The position numbers were made by a program, and so were the translations under genes. A model generated the notes under the pieces. It was not told where the DNA came from. It made no database searches and saw only the letters and a program-made list of their open reading frames with translations. Below, piece by piece: positions 23,512 through 32,775 of a DNA stretch of 56,627 nucleotides. The stretch comes from Clostridiales bacterium UBA3680 (GTDB lineage: Bacteria > Bacillota > Clostridia > Lachnospirales > CAG-274): positions 8,381 through 65,007 of the forward strand of contig DFJD01000032.1 in NCBI GenBank assembly GCA_002372875.1, given 5' to 3'. Position 1 is the stretch's first letter. Each line of letters opens with the position of its first letter.

Positions 23512-25263
23512 ATGTATCTGGAAAAAATAAACGGCCCCGAGGATATTAAAAAACTATCTGTTGAGCAACTTCAGCCCCTTGCCGACGAAGTAAGAACCGC
23601 TCTTATAAATCGACTCAGTAAGATAGGAGGACATCACGGTCCTAATTTGGGAGTTGTGGAACTTACGGTGGCTCTTCACTATGTGTTTGACTCTCCTAAG
23701 GATAAAATTGTTTTTGATGTGTCACATCAGTGTTATCCCCATAAGATACTTACGGGAAGAAAAAGAGCATATACCGATGAAGAATATTTTTCCGAAGTGA
23801 CAGGATATACCAATCCTCTTGAAAGTGAACACGATTTCTTTATTGTCGGTCATACTTCCACTTCTGTTTCTCTTGCTTTGGGGCTTGCAAAGGGAAGAGA
23901 TGCAACGGGAGGAAACGAAAATATAATAGCCTTCATAGGTGACGGGTCTTTATCCGGTGGAGAGACATTGGAAGCATTGGATTTTGCAGGGGAGTATGAT
24001 AAAAATCTTATAATAATCGTTAACGATAATGATCAAAGTATAGCGGAAAACCACGGAGGAATGTACAAAACTCTCAAAGCTCTCCGTGAAAGCAACGGGG
24101 AGGCTGAAAACAATATTTTTAAAGCTTTTGGTCTTGATTATGTATATCTTGACGATGGACATAACATTAAGGCTCTTGTGGAGTTGCTTTCCCGTGTTAA
24201 GGACACCAAAAGGCCTATCGTGGTACACATACACACAATAAAGGGAAAAGGTCTTAAATATGCGGAAGAAAACAGAGAATTTTGGCATGCGGGCGGTCCC
24301 TTTAACATAGAAGATGGCTCACCAAAATACAAAAGAGAAAACGGAGATAATATTATCTACAATTCTCTTAAAGGTTTGCTTGAAAAAGATAAAACTGCGG
24401 TTATACTTAATGCCGCCACACCTTCCGGGCTTGGATTTGTCGGCGCTGAAAGAGATAAGCTTGAGAAGGAGGGCAGATTTGTTGATGTAGGTATTGCCGA
24501 GGAAAATGCCGTGGCAATGGCAAGCGGCATAGCAAAAAACGGGGGAAGGGCAGTATTTGGAACTTTTGCACCATTCTTCCAGAGAACTTATGACCAAATG
24601 TCTCACGATTTATGCCTTAACAATTCTCCCGCGACAATGCTTGTTCTTTATCCCGGAGTTTTTGGGATGAATTCAAATACCCATACGGCAATGTGTGATA
24701 TACAGATGTTTGCTCACATTCCCAATTTTGTATATCTTGAACCGACAACAGAGGAAGAATATACTGCAATGTTCAATTTTGCAACAACGCAAACAAAAAA
24801 TCCCATCGGTCTGAGAATAACGGCTGATTTAAAAAGCACCGGAGAAAAAGACGAAACGGATTATTCGGATTACAATAAAAACAAGGTCATACAAAAGGGA
24901 GAAAAGATCGCAATATTTGCTCTTCATACACTTGTGGATATTGCGCTTGAAACGGCACAAAAATATAAAAATAAAACAGGAAAAGAAATAACCGTAATTA
25001 CACCACGCTTTTTAACGGGTCTTGACACCGATCTTCTTGAAAATTTGAAAAAAGACCATGAGCTGATAATCACCCTTGAAGATGGACTTGTTGAAGGTGG
25101 CTACGGACAAAGAATATCGGCTTTTTACGGAACGGATAAAATAAAGACGGTGAATTTGGGAATTACAAAGCACTTTCATACCGATTTTAAACCTCTTGAA
25201 CTTCTTGCAAAATGCGATATAAGTGCAGATGGGATAATCAAGATAATTGAAGAAAATCTTTAA
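23512..25263 (+). CDS. dxs: 1-deoxy-D-xylulose-5-phosphate synthase-like (transketolase family) protein
   Basis: Motifs GGHHGPNLGVVELTVALHYVF, ThDP motif GDGSLSGG...NDN and the pyrimidine-binding domain DVGIAEENAV are present. At 583 aa it is somewhat shorter than a canonical DXS. Confidence 0.85.
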   Translation: MYLEKINGPEDIKKLSVEQLQPLADEVRTALINRLSKIGGHHGPNLGVVELTVALHYVFDSPKDKIVFDVSHQCYPHKILTGRKRAYTDEEYFSEVTGYTNPLESEHDFFIVGHTSTSVSLALGLAKGRDATGGNENIIAFIGDGSLSGGETLEALDFAGEYDKNLIIIVNDNDQSIAENHGGMYKTLKALRESNGEAENNIFKAFGLDYVYLDDGHNIKALVELLSRVKDTKRPIVVHIHTIKGKGLKYAEENREFWHAGGPFNIEDGSPKYKRENGDNIIYNSLKGLLEKDKTAVILNAATPSGLGFVGAERDKLEKEGRFVDVGIAEENAVAMASGIAKNGGRAVFGTFAPFFQRTYDQMSHDLCLNNSPATMLVLYPGVFGMNSNTHTAMCDIQMFAHIPNFVYLEPTTEEEYTAMFNFATTQTKNPIGLRITADLKSTGEKDETDYSDYNKNKVIQKGEKIAIFALHTLVDIALETAQKYKNKTGKEITVITPRFLTGLDTDLLENLKKDHELIITLEDGLVEGGYGQRISAFYGTDKIKTVNLGITKHFHTDFKPLELLAKCDISADGIIKIIEENL

Positions 25264-25320
25264 GGAAGCGCTGATTAATTCACTTGAAGCAGATTTGAGG
25301 TAATGTTTTCGAAATGCCCA

Positions 25321-25356
25321 AAGGGGATGAAAAATAATTTTTCACCCCCCTTTTTT
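25321..25356. terminator. Bidirectional intrinsic terminator between convergent genes
   Basis: The imperfect long stem aaaggggatgaaaaa / tttttcacccccctttt has T-runs in both orientations. Confidence 0.7.
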
Positions 25357-25428
25357 GATGCGGTAGTTGCGGAAAAGAGACAATAAATGTCATGATTTCA
25401 GCGGAAAATTAATCAGTGTTTCCCTATA

Positions 25429-26208
25429 TCACTCGCTCCATTCCAGCGAAAAATTAATCGTTACATTGCCGTTTCCGAGTGTTTCAAGAAGTTCTTCCTT
25501 TGTTACATTGTCTATTTTTGCTATTTTTGTAAAATTCCAAGTATTTTGGTCATAGTAAAGTGTAAGTTTATCACCTTGATACAAAATCACATCTCCGGGT
25601 TCGGTAGTTATATTGCTGTCATTTGTGGATATAGTCCAAGGCAGTTGTCCAACTTTTTCAAAATTGCCATAGTCTTCCATTTCGATATCTATGGCTTGTG
25701 AACTTAATCTTTCGATAAATTCCTTTGCGGAAGAATTGTCCTCCAAGTTTGCGTAAAACACTTTGCCATTTACCTTTATAACAAGTACAGGTTGAGGCGT
25801 TTCAATTTTGTCGGACGGATCGGTCGCGTTTTGTATCTGTACATTAAGGTTTTCGTCTACCTTTACCGTATACTGATGATCGATATTTTTTGCTATTGTT
25901 GAACGTTCTTCTATTGTCATAGAAGCTTGTCCCTCCTTTATGCCTGTGAAAGTATATATAACTTTGTATTCCGAACCTCTTGCTTTTGTGTGATCGGATT
26001 TATTGTATACCCTTTTTATTTCATAGGACACTATATCCGAATCCAACACTATATTATAGGAGGGGCCACCGCCATCAAAAGAAGAAAAGGTAAGCTGTTC
26101 GGTGTTGCCGATTGCTTTAGAATCGGATATATCTGTTATGGGATTTAAATTGCATGACCCTATGGCCAGAAGGGTCGAGCTTACCAATAATACTATAATG
26201 CTTTTCAC
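25429..26208 (-). CDS. Secreted lipoprotein with a C-terminal cyclophilin-like-fold domain
   Basis: A signal peptide with lipobox LAIGSC is present. The C-terminal half (KVNGKVFYANLEDNSSAKEFIERL...GDVILYQGDKLTLYY) resembles the cyclophilin-like superfamily domain. I chose the GTG at 26208 for its RBS spacing; the ORF track extends to 26226. Confidence 0.6.
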   Translation of the reverse strand: MKSIIVLLVSSTLLAIGSCNLNPITDISDSKAIGNTEQLTFSSFDGGGPSYNIVLDSDIVSYEIKRVYNKSDHTKARGSEYKVIYTFTGIKEGQASMTIEERSTIAKNIDHQYTVKVDENLNVQIQNATDPSDKIETPQPVLVIKVNGKVFYANLEDNSSAKEFIERLSSQAIDIEMEDYGNFEKVGQLPWTISTNDSNITTEPGDVILYQGDKLTLYYDQNTWNFTKIAKIDNVTKEELLETLGNGNVTINFSLEWSE

Positions 26209-26513
26209 TATCATTCCTCCTTCCATATATATATTTGTTTCCCCGAATATGTCGGGTGATAAACATATTATATATGTCTTGAATATTTCTTAATGTGTTT
26301 TCAGTATAGCATAGATTTTAACAAACTAAGGAAGTCCCCCGCTTCTAAAGCGGGGGTGCTTACTTAAAATACAGTGGGAGTCCAAGCTCCCACTGTATTT
26401 GGAATTGCTTGCAATTCCGTTGGTTATGAGTATGTAGCAGAAATTTATTTCTGCGGAATACGAATATCATTGACTAGAATACAATTGTTTTACGGTTTTA
26501 TTCCACGCCGTAC

Positions 26514-26545
26514 AAAAAATATAACCACCCGTTTAACGGGTGGTT
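26514..26545 (-). terminator. Intrinsic terminator of the beta-helix protein gene
   Basis: The stem aaccacccg/cgggtggtt is followed by a T-run on the minus strand. Confidence 0.85.
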
Positions 26546-26550
26546 ACGTT

Positions 26551-28053
26551 TTATGCTGTCACTGTGCTTGTTTCTGTTGTATTTTCATTTACGAAACCTT
26601 GTCTTCCGCCTCTGCCATATCCGTTTTGCATTTTACCGCTGAAGCCTTTTGGCATTTGTTCAAAATTATCGGGAACCTGTCCGTTGAAATTTTCGGGCAT
26701 TTGTCCGTTGAAATTATCCGGCATTTGTCCGTTAAAGTTTTCGGGCATTTGTCCGCCGAAACCACGACCGCCGCCGAAGCCTCCTCTTCCTCCGGGCATC
26801 ATGGACTGAGGTATCTGATCCACAGCGGTACCGTTAATTATTATCGTTCCACCGTTAAATTCCGCAGTTCCGTCGTAATCAAAAGAAGAAACCTGAGCAG
26901 TTATATCTATTTGTCCGCCGTTTATGATAATATTTCCGTTAGCGTCAATAGCATCGGTATCGCCTGCACCCATTGTTATATTGAGGCTGCCGCCGTTAAT
27001 TTCCACTGTGGGAACGGCAAATGCGGTACTTTTTGTTGTTGCGTTTATACCATCGTCCGAAGCGGAAATTGTTATTGTACCGTCATTTATTTGTAAGTAG
27101 GTACTTTCAATTCCTTCCGAAGCGGTTATATTAAATGTACCTCCGTCGATCTTAACTGCGGTGTTACCTTGAATAGCATCGCTTTTTGAAGTTATATCGA
27201 AGGATCCTCCGCTGATGTAGATATAGCCTTTTGTTTGTTCATCTTCGTTTTCACTGTGTAAAGCATCCTTCTCGGTATTTATGGTAAAGTCACCTGCACT
27301 TACAGCTATGGAGTCTTTTGCTTCTATGGCATCTTCCGTTGATGTAATGTTATATGTACCACCTGTAAATTTTACATCGTCTTTACCCGAGATACCGTTG
27401 CCGTAGCTTGATGTGATCTCAATTGTTCCCGTACCGTTAAAAATTATATCATCCTTTGAAAATATAACAGCATCTGTGTTTGTGTCACCATCAGCAGTAA
27501 ACTCACCTGTAACTGAGAGAGTGTTTTTTGCAGAGGTGGAGGTTATAAAGCATTTATCCGCAGACACAACATATATTGCCGGGAAAGAGTCGTTTGTGAT
27601 GCTTACTCCGTCAAGCACAAGCTGAACTTTTGCCGCTTCATCCGCATTTAACTTTATGGTGCAGTTTTTGGCACTTCCCGATATAACGTATACTCCCTCT
27701 TCGGTGATATCTATTGTTTGAGAGTCCGCAACAGTTATATTCTTTGCCGATGATGTATCAGCTTGCTGAGTAAGGTCTCTGTTTGTAAAAATATCAGCAG
27801 TGTTTATTATTGTATCAAGACTTACATTTTCTGCAGAGCTTATGATTGTGTTTTGATTGTTTCTCTGCATATTTGACTGTTGTTGCATACCGTTGTTGTT
27901 CGGTTTAAAAAATGAAAATGCTTTTTCGGCTACGGACATAAGTCCGTTTATACCCTCGCCAAAGCCTGTCGATGAGGCATTGACCCATGAACAACCAATA
28001 AGGGATACAGACAGTGCGGTTGCTATAATAATATTTCTAACGTTCTTTTTCAT
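26551..28053 (-). CDS. Secreted carbohydrate-binding, beta-helix repeat protein (Cthe_2159-like) with a Gly/Arg and GQMP(E/D)NFN repeat tail
   Basis: A signal peptide with LIGC is present. Repeated GG(T/S)(F/Y)NIT..(D/E)(A/G)I units are typical of a parallel beta-helix. The C-terminus is low complexity. Confidence 0.75.
   Translation of the reverse strand: MKKNVRNIIIATALSVSLIGCSWVNASSTGFGEGINGLMSVAEKAFSFFKPNNNGMQQQSNMQRNNQNTIISSAENVSLDTIINTADIFTNRDLTQQADTSSAKNITVADSQTIDITEEGVYVISGSAKNCTIKLNADEAAKVQLVLDGVSITNDSFPAIYVVSADKCFITSTSAKNTLSVTGEFTADGDTNTDAVIFSKDDIIFNGTGTIEITSSYGNGISGKDDVKFTGGTYNITSTEDAIEAKDSIAVSAGDFTINTEKDALHSENEDEQTKGYIYISGGSFDITSKSDAIQGNTAVKIDGGTFNITASEGIESTYLQINDGTITISASDDGINATTKSTAFAVPTVEINGGSLNITMGAGDTDAIDANGNIIINGGQIDITAQVSSFDYDGTAEFNGGTIIINGTAVDQIPQSMMPGGRGGFGGGRGFGGQMPENFNGQMPDNFNGQMPENFNGQVPDNFEQMPKGFSGKMQNGYGRGGRQGFVNENTTETSTVTA
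26650..26760 (-). repeat. In-frame 24-bp tandem repeat (about 4 units) encoding GQMP(E/D)NFN
   Basis: The units tgtccgttgaaattttcgggcatt (26678-26701), 26702-26725 and 26726-26749 are followed and preceded by degenerate flanking units. Confidence 0.9.
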
Positions 28054-28145
28054 AATAAAACCCTCTTTCTTTTAAGATGGCTAAATTATAAACTGTAAAT
28101 ATTAAAAAAACAAATAGCAAACATTAGAATCACCTTAAAATAAAA

Positions 28146-28181
28146 TAAAAAAAACCCGAGATTTGCGCATTGATCTCGGGT
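28146..28181 (-). terminator. Intrinsic terminator
   Basis: The stem cccgagat/atctcggg has an 8-nt T-run on the minus strand. Confidence 0.85.
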
Positions 28182-28307
28182 CTGATATATATTTTCGTCT
28201 ATATGGTATAACCATCGATCCTCGGACTCATTTCAAACCCCTCGGCTAAAAATGCTCCGACGATCCACAATCAAAATAAGACAGATATTTCAAAGTCATT
28301 TATGAAA

Positions 28308-28868
28308 TTACATAAAAAATTGTACTACCGCTGCGACAAGTGCAACACCGGATATTATCCATAAGGGAAGAAGCATTTTACGGTCTGCTTTCTCCTCTCT
28401 TATTGTGCTGAGCTCGCCTCTGAGAGTTTTAACTGTTTTTGAATTGTCGTTTACGATATTCGTAACAGATTTGTTCTTCTCATTAAGGTCATTTATAAGC
28501 TTTGCCTGAAGTGCCTGCTTTTCGTCAAGCTCGTCAACAAGCTTGTCTATCTTCTCACTCTTGGAGTTGATTTGGCTTATAACTGCGGAATATTCGCTGT
28601 TCTTATTTGAAAGCATTGTTATAACTGCTTCCTGAGCCTGAACAGCTCTCATCTGAGAGGAAAGATTTGTCTCAACGGAGCGTGTTCTGCTCTCGATCGT
28701 ATCCAATCTTGAATCCTGCTCCTGATTTTTTGCAAGATTTCTTAATATAAGCTTATCCTGCTCTTTATTGTATGTAAGTATTTCGTTTATCTTACCGATA
28801 TTCTGTTCAATAAGTAAGCTGTTTTCTTCAACTGTGTTTTCCTGAATTTTTGCTAAATTACTGTTCAT
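28308..28868 (-). CDS. Tail-anchored coiled-coil protein of unknown function
   Basis: It is 186 aa, with heptad-rich Q/E/K/N sequence and a single C-terminal TM helix (LLPLWIISGVALVAAVVQFF). I recognise no family. Confidence 0.6.
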   Translation of the reverse strand: MNSNLAKIQENTVEENSLLIEQNIGKINEILTYNKEQDKLILRNLAKNQEQDSRLDTIESRTRSVETNLSSQMRAVQAQEAVITMLSNKNSEYSAVISQINSKSEKIDKLVDELDEKQALQAKLINDLNEKNKSVTNIVNDNSKTVKTLRGELSTIREEKADRKMLLPLWIISGVALVAAVVQFFM

Positions 28869-29270
28869 GGAAATCCCCTCTATTCCTTTCTGTATTCATC
28901 CATGAATACTACTTTGTAAATGTCTTAAAAATATTGTGCGCTCTACCTTCTCGTATTCACGCACCGAAATGACCTCGTGGTTAGCCGAGACATTTCCCCG
29001 TTGTGAAAATTTACTTTCACAGCGTTATTATAGCAAACTATTTATAGCTTTGCAACAAATTTATTGCTTTTTTATTTTACAATTTGTTTACAAAGATTGC
29101 GATATATGGCGAGTTTAAGTTATTTTTTTAGCAAAGTATACAGCTTTTATTCGGTGAAAATATGTATTTGTAAGCACCGATTTTCTTTTACTAAATCAAT
29201 GTTTTCATGGATAATTATGTTTAAATATGGTATAATCGTTTCAGCAATTTGATGAGAGGAGATATTTTTA

Positions 29271-30440
29271 ATGAAAATACAGAAAATAACAGAGGACATA
29301 AAGAGAAAATTTGTGGAGCTGGATTTTTATGCAAATGTTAACTCCGCCATAGAAACGGAGATAACATACCCTATAGAAACAAATTTTATATATCCCACCG
29401 ACCCCGAGCAAATAAAAGAAACGGCAGAACAGGTGCTTGAAGAGGCAAGAAAAAAGAATGCGGATCTAACTCAAAAAGATGCTCTGAGAACAGCTTCTTT
29501 TGCGGGCGGAGTTGCGGGAATGTGTGCAAAAATATTTGAAAACGACTCCACATTGTCGGAATATCTTGCACCGCTTGAAGCGGAATTTAGGCTTTTTGGG
29601 GAGAGCGATTTGGGAATGGACCCTTACTTTTCCGCAGTTAATCCGCCCGGTTTTACAAAAGGAGCCTATACTCTTTCATACGAAACATTTCATCCCTACC
29701 AGCTTGCGGTTTATGATGAATCTGCGGTCATGAAAAACAGACCTGTGAATATACCCCGTATATGTGCTGTGGATTATGCCTATACATATCCCATAATATC
29801 CAAAAACGACAAGGTCATATGCGCACTGACGCCGAATGTTCTTTTTGTGGGACAGAAACTTATAAAGGATGTAAGCGGAGATGTTCTTCTTCTTGGGAGC
29901 GAACTTGGCTATCTTGCGTATTCTCTGTCACTTAAAGATAATGTTAAAAGTATTACCGTTGTTGAAGGAGATAAAAACATTCTTTCGATATTCGAAGAAA
30001 AACTTCTTCCTCTTATGGGGACCGAAAAGATAAAAACAGCGGAATGTAATCCGATTGAATTTCTTTCAAAAACAAAAGACGGAGAATTTGATTGTGTGGT
30101 TGCTTCCTGCTTTATGAGCCTTGCGGAAACAAATATTTACACAAGAGTGAAAAAAGAGGAACAGAGATTTAAAAACACAAAATTTTTCATAAGAGATGAA
30201 ACAGCCTTTTTGATGCACCTTATGTCATTTACAATAAGAAGGCTTGAGGAAGCATACTATTTGGCTTTGGGCTACGATCCTTCACAGATCCCCTTGCTTG
30301 CCGAAGATGACGAAAAAAAGGCTAAATATATAGACAAGCTTACTAAAAACATTGTAATCACATCTTCGGAGGATATAGACAATTTAACAAAGCTTGAAAA
30401 CCTGAAAAAGCTTATAGAGAGCTCACCATATAAAATTTAA
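29271..30440 (+). CDS. Hypothetical protein with a possible Rossmann or SAM-methyltransferase-like central segment
   Basis: It is 389 aa with the RBS gagaggag. The segment VLLLGSELGYLAYSLS...VVEGDKNIL resembles a spermidine-synthase or methyltransferase glycine-rich loop, but the similarity is weak. Confidence 0.5.
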   Translation: MKIQKITEDIKRKFVELDFYANVNSAIETEITYPIETNFIYPTDPEQIKETAEQVLEEARKKNADLTQKDALRTASFAGGVAGMCAKIFENDSTLSEYLAPLEAEFRLFGESDLGMDPYFSAVNPPGFTKGAYTLSYETFHPYQLAVYDESAVMKNRPVNIPRICAVDYAYTYPIISKNDKVICALTPNVLFVGQKLIKDVSGDVLLLGSELGYLAYSLSLKDNVKSITVVEGDKNILSIFEEKLLPLMGTEKIKTAECNPIEFLSKTKDGEFDCVVASCFMSLAETNIYTRVKKEEQRFKNTKFFIRDETAFLMHLMSFTIRRLEEAYYLALGYDPSQIPLLAEDDEKKAKYIDKLTKNIVITSSEDIDNLTKLENLKKLIESSPYKI

Positions 30441-30451
30441 GGAGACGGAAA

Positions 30452-31348
30452 ATGACTCTTCAGCAGATGAGATATGTTATTGAAATTGCAGAAAAAGGTT
30501 CAATGAACGAAGCGGCGAAAGGGCTTTTTATTTCGCAGCCAAGTCTTACAACGGCAATAAAGGAGCTTGAAAAAGAAATAGGTATCACTGTTTTTCATCG
30601 TTCAAACAGAGGAATAGAGTTGACAAGTGAGGGAAGTGAGTTCCTTGGTTATGTAAGACAGATCACGGAGCAATACGCTCTTATGGAGGAACGCTACATA
30701 AAAAAAAGCGAGCAAAAGGAACGCTTTCATATTTCCGCACAGCATTATACATTTGCGGTAGAGGCATTTTCAAAGGCGGTTTTGAAATCGGAAACCGATA
30801 ATTACGACCTTGCAGTATATGAAACAAGAACACACGAAATAATCACGGATGTAAAAAATATGAGAAGTGATTTGGGTGTGCTGTATTTGAATGATTTCAA
30901 CAGAAGGGTGCTTGAAAATGACTTTAAGGAAAACAACCTGACCTTTACGCCTCTTTTTGATTGCGAAACCTATGTTTATTTAAGTTCAAAACATCCTCTT
31001 GCGGGGAAAAGGCAGATATCCTTTAAAGAACTTGATGAATATCCGTGTCTTTCTTTCGACCAGGGAGCAAAAAATTCTTTTTATTATGCCGAAGAGGTAC
31101 TGAGTACCTATCCGTATAAAAAAATAATACATGTTAATGACAGAGCAACCGCTCTTAATATGATGACTCTTTTATACGGCTATACATTATGTAGCGGTGT
31201 TATATGCAAGGAATTGAACGGAGACGGATATTGCGCCGTTCCTTTAAGCGGTGGAGTACGTATGACAGTTGGCTATATAAAGCGAACAGATGCGGTTTTA
31301 AGCACAATAGCAAATGAGTTTATAAAGGAACTCAAACAGTACGGATGA
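30452..31348 (+). CDS. LysR-family transcriptional regulator
   Basis: It has the N-terminal wHTH MTLQQMRYVIEIAEKGSMNEAAKGLFISQPSLTTAIKELE and a LysR substrate-binding domain of the expected length. Confidence 0.9.
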   Translation: MTLQQMRYVIEIAEKGSMNEAAKGLFISQPSLTTAIKELEKEIGITVFHRSNRGIELTSEGSEFLGYVRQITEQYALMEERYIKKSEQKERFHISAQHYTFAVEAFSKAVLKSETDNYDLAVYETRTHEIITDVKNMRSDLGVLYLNDFNRRVLENDFKENNLTFTPLFDCETYVYLSSKHPLAGKRQISFKELDEYPCLSFDQGAKNSFYYAEEVLSTYPYKKIIHVNDRATALNMMTLLYGYTLCSGVICKELNGDGYCAVPLSGGVRMTVGYIKRTDAVLSTIANEFIKELKQYG

Positions 31349-31461
31349 TATAAATTGGTTTTATAACAAGCTCTTAAATTTAGGAATTTTACAAAACCTT
31401 TATTTAGTGATATTATTTCCTCAACAAAAAACAAACAACACATTTCAAGGAGGAAATAAAA

Positions 31462-32757
31462 ATGAGTGAACACAATTACAAATTTGAAACTTTACAACTT
31501 CATGTAGGACAGGAAACTCCCGATCCCGTTACGGATTCAAGGGCGGTGCCTATTTATCAAACAACTTCCTACGTATTCCACAGTGCGCAGCATGCAGCAG
31601 ATCGTTTCAATTTAAGAGATGCCGGCAACATATACGGACGCCTTACAAATTCCACACAAGGCGTACTTGAAGAAAGAGTGGCAGCTCTTGAGGGCGGTTC
31701 TGCAGCCCTTGCGGTATCTGCAGGTGCGGCGGCTGTAACATATGCTCTTATAGCTCTGGCAAAGGCAGGACATAATATTGTTGCACAAAAGACGATTTAC
31801 GGCGGAAGTTACAATCTTCTCGATCAAACACTTCCCGGTTACGGAGTAGACACAAAGTTTGTCGACATACACAACCACGAGGAAGTTAAAAACGCAATAG
31901 ACGAGAACACAAGAGCGCTTTTTATCGAAACTCTCGGCAACCCCGGCTCGGACATTCCCGATATTGATGCTCTTGCAAAAATCGCACATGAAGCTAATAT
32001 ACCTCTTGTGATCGATAATACCTTCGGTACTCCCTACTTAATAAGACCCATTGAACACGGTGCAGACATAGTAATACACTCTGCAACAAAATTCATAGGC
32101 GGACACGGAACCACTCTTGGCGGTATTATCGTTGAAAGCGGAAAATTTGACTGGAAGGCTTCGGGAAAGTTTCCTCAGTTTACAGACCCCAATCCCAGCT
32201 ACCATGGAGTTTCCTTCGTTGATGCTGTAGGTCCCGCCGCTTTTGTAACATACATAAGAGCTATCCTCTTAAGGGATACGGGAGCTACTCTTTCTCCCAT
32301 AAATGCATGGATATTACTTCAGGGGCTTGAAACATTGTCACTCAGACTTGACAGACATGTTGAAAACACAAAGAAGGTAGTTGATTTTCTTGCAAATCAC
32401 CCCCTTGTAGAAAAAATCAGCCATCCTTCCCTTAAAGATCATCCTCAGCACGATCTCTACGAAAAATATTTCCCTAACGGAGGCGCTTCAATATTCACCT
32501 TCGATATAAAGGGAGGACAAAAGGAAGCTTATACATTTATAGATAATTTAAAGCTTTTCTCACTTCTTGCAAATGTTGCGGATGTGAAGAGTCTTGTAAT
32601 ACATCCCTATGATACCACACATGCGGAGATGACACCCGAGCAGCTTGCTCAGGCAGGTATCACACAGGCTACGATTCGTTTATCCATCGGCACCGAACAC
32701 ATTGATGATATTATTTGGGATCTCGAACAGGCATTTGAAGCAGTTAAAAAAGGCTGA
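31462..32757 (+). CDS. metY: O-acetylhomoserine (thiol)-lyase / aminocarboxypropyltransferase
   Basis: It is a Cys/Met-metabolism PLP enzyme with the PLP lysine motif [10 protein letters not shown] and the N-terminus [10 protein letters not shown]. Confidence 0.9.
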   Translation: MSEHNYKFETLQLHVGQETPDPVTDSRAVPIYQTTSYVFHSAQHAADRFNLRDAGNIYGRLTNSTQGVLEERVAALEGGSAALAVSAGAAAVTYALIALAKAGHNIVAQKTIYGGSYNLLDQTLPGYGVDTKFVDIHNHEEVKNAIDENTRALFIETLGNPGSDIPDIDALAKIAHEANIPLVIDNTFGTPYLIRPIEHGADIVIHSATKFIGGHGTTLGGIIVESGKFDWKASGKFPQFTDPNPSYHGVSFVDAVGPAAFVTYIRAILLRDTGATLSPINAWILLQGLETLSLRLDRHVENTKKVVDFLANHPLVEKISHPSLKDHPQHDLYEKYFPNGGASIFTFDIKGGQKEAYTFIDNLKLFSLLANVADVKSLVIHPYDTTHAEMTPEQLAQAGITQATIRLSIGTEHIDDIIWDLEQAFEAVKKG

Positions 32758-32775
32758 AAATAAGGAGGAATAATT

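Noticed and set aside
26650-26760. The regular 24-bp repeats might be a CRISPR array.
   Set aside because: The units are contiguous with no spacers, lie in-frame within a CDS, and no cas genes are present. This is a coding minisatellite.
26374-27096. A 240-aa plus-strand ORF and a proline-rich 89-aa ORF (26540-26809) lie opposite the beta-helix protein gene.
   Set aside because: They are antisense shadows of a well-supported minus-strand gene. The proline-rich periodicity simply mirrors the 24-bp coding repeat, and there is no RBS.
31349-31461. An S-box or T-box leader might lie upstream of metY.
   Set aside because: The region is too short at 113 nt. It lacks the S-box core seen at 42130-42220, and it has no specifier or T-box sequence.
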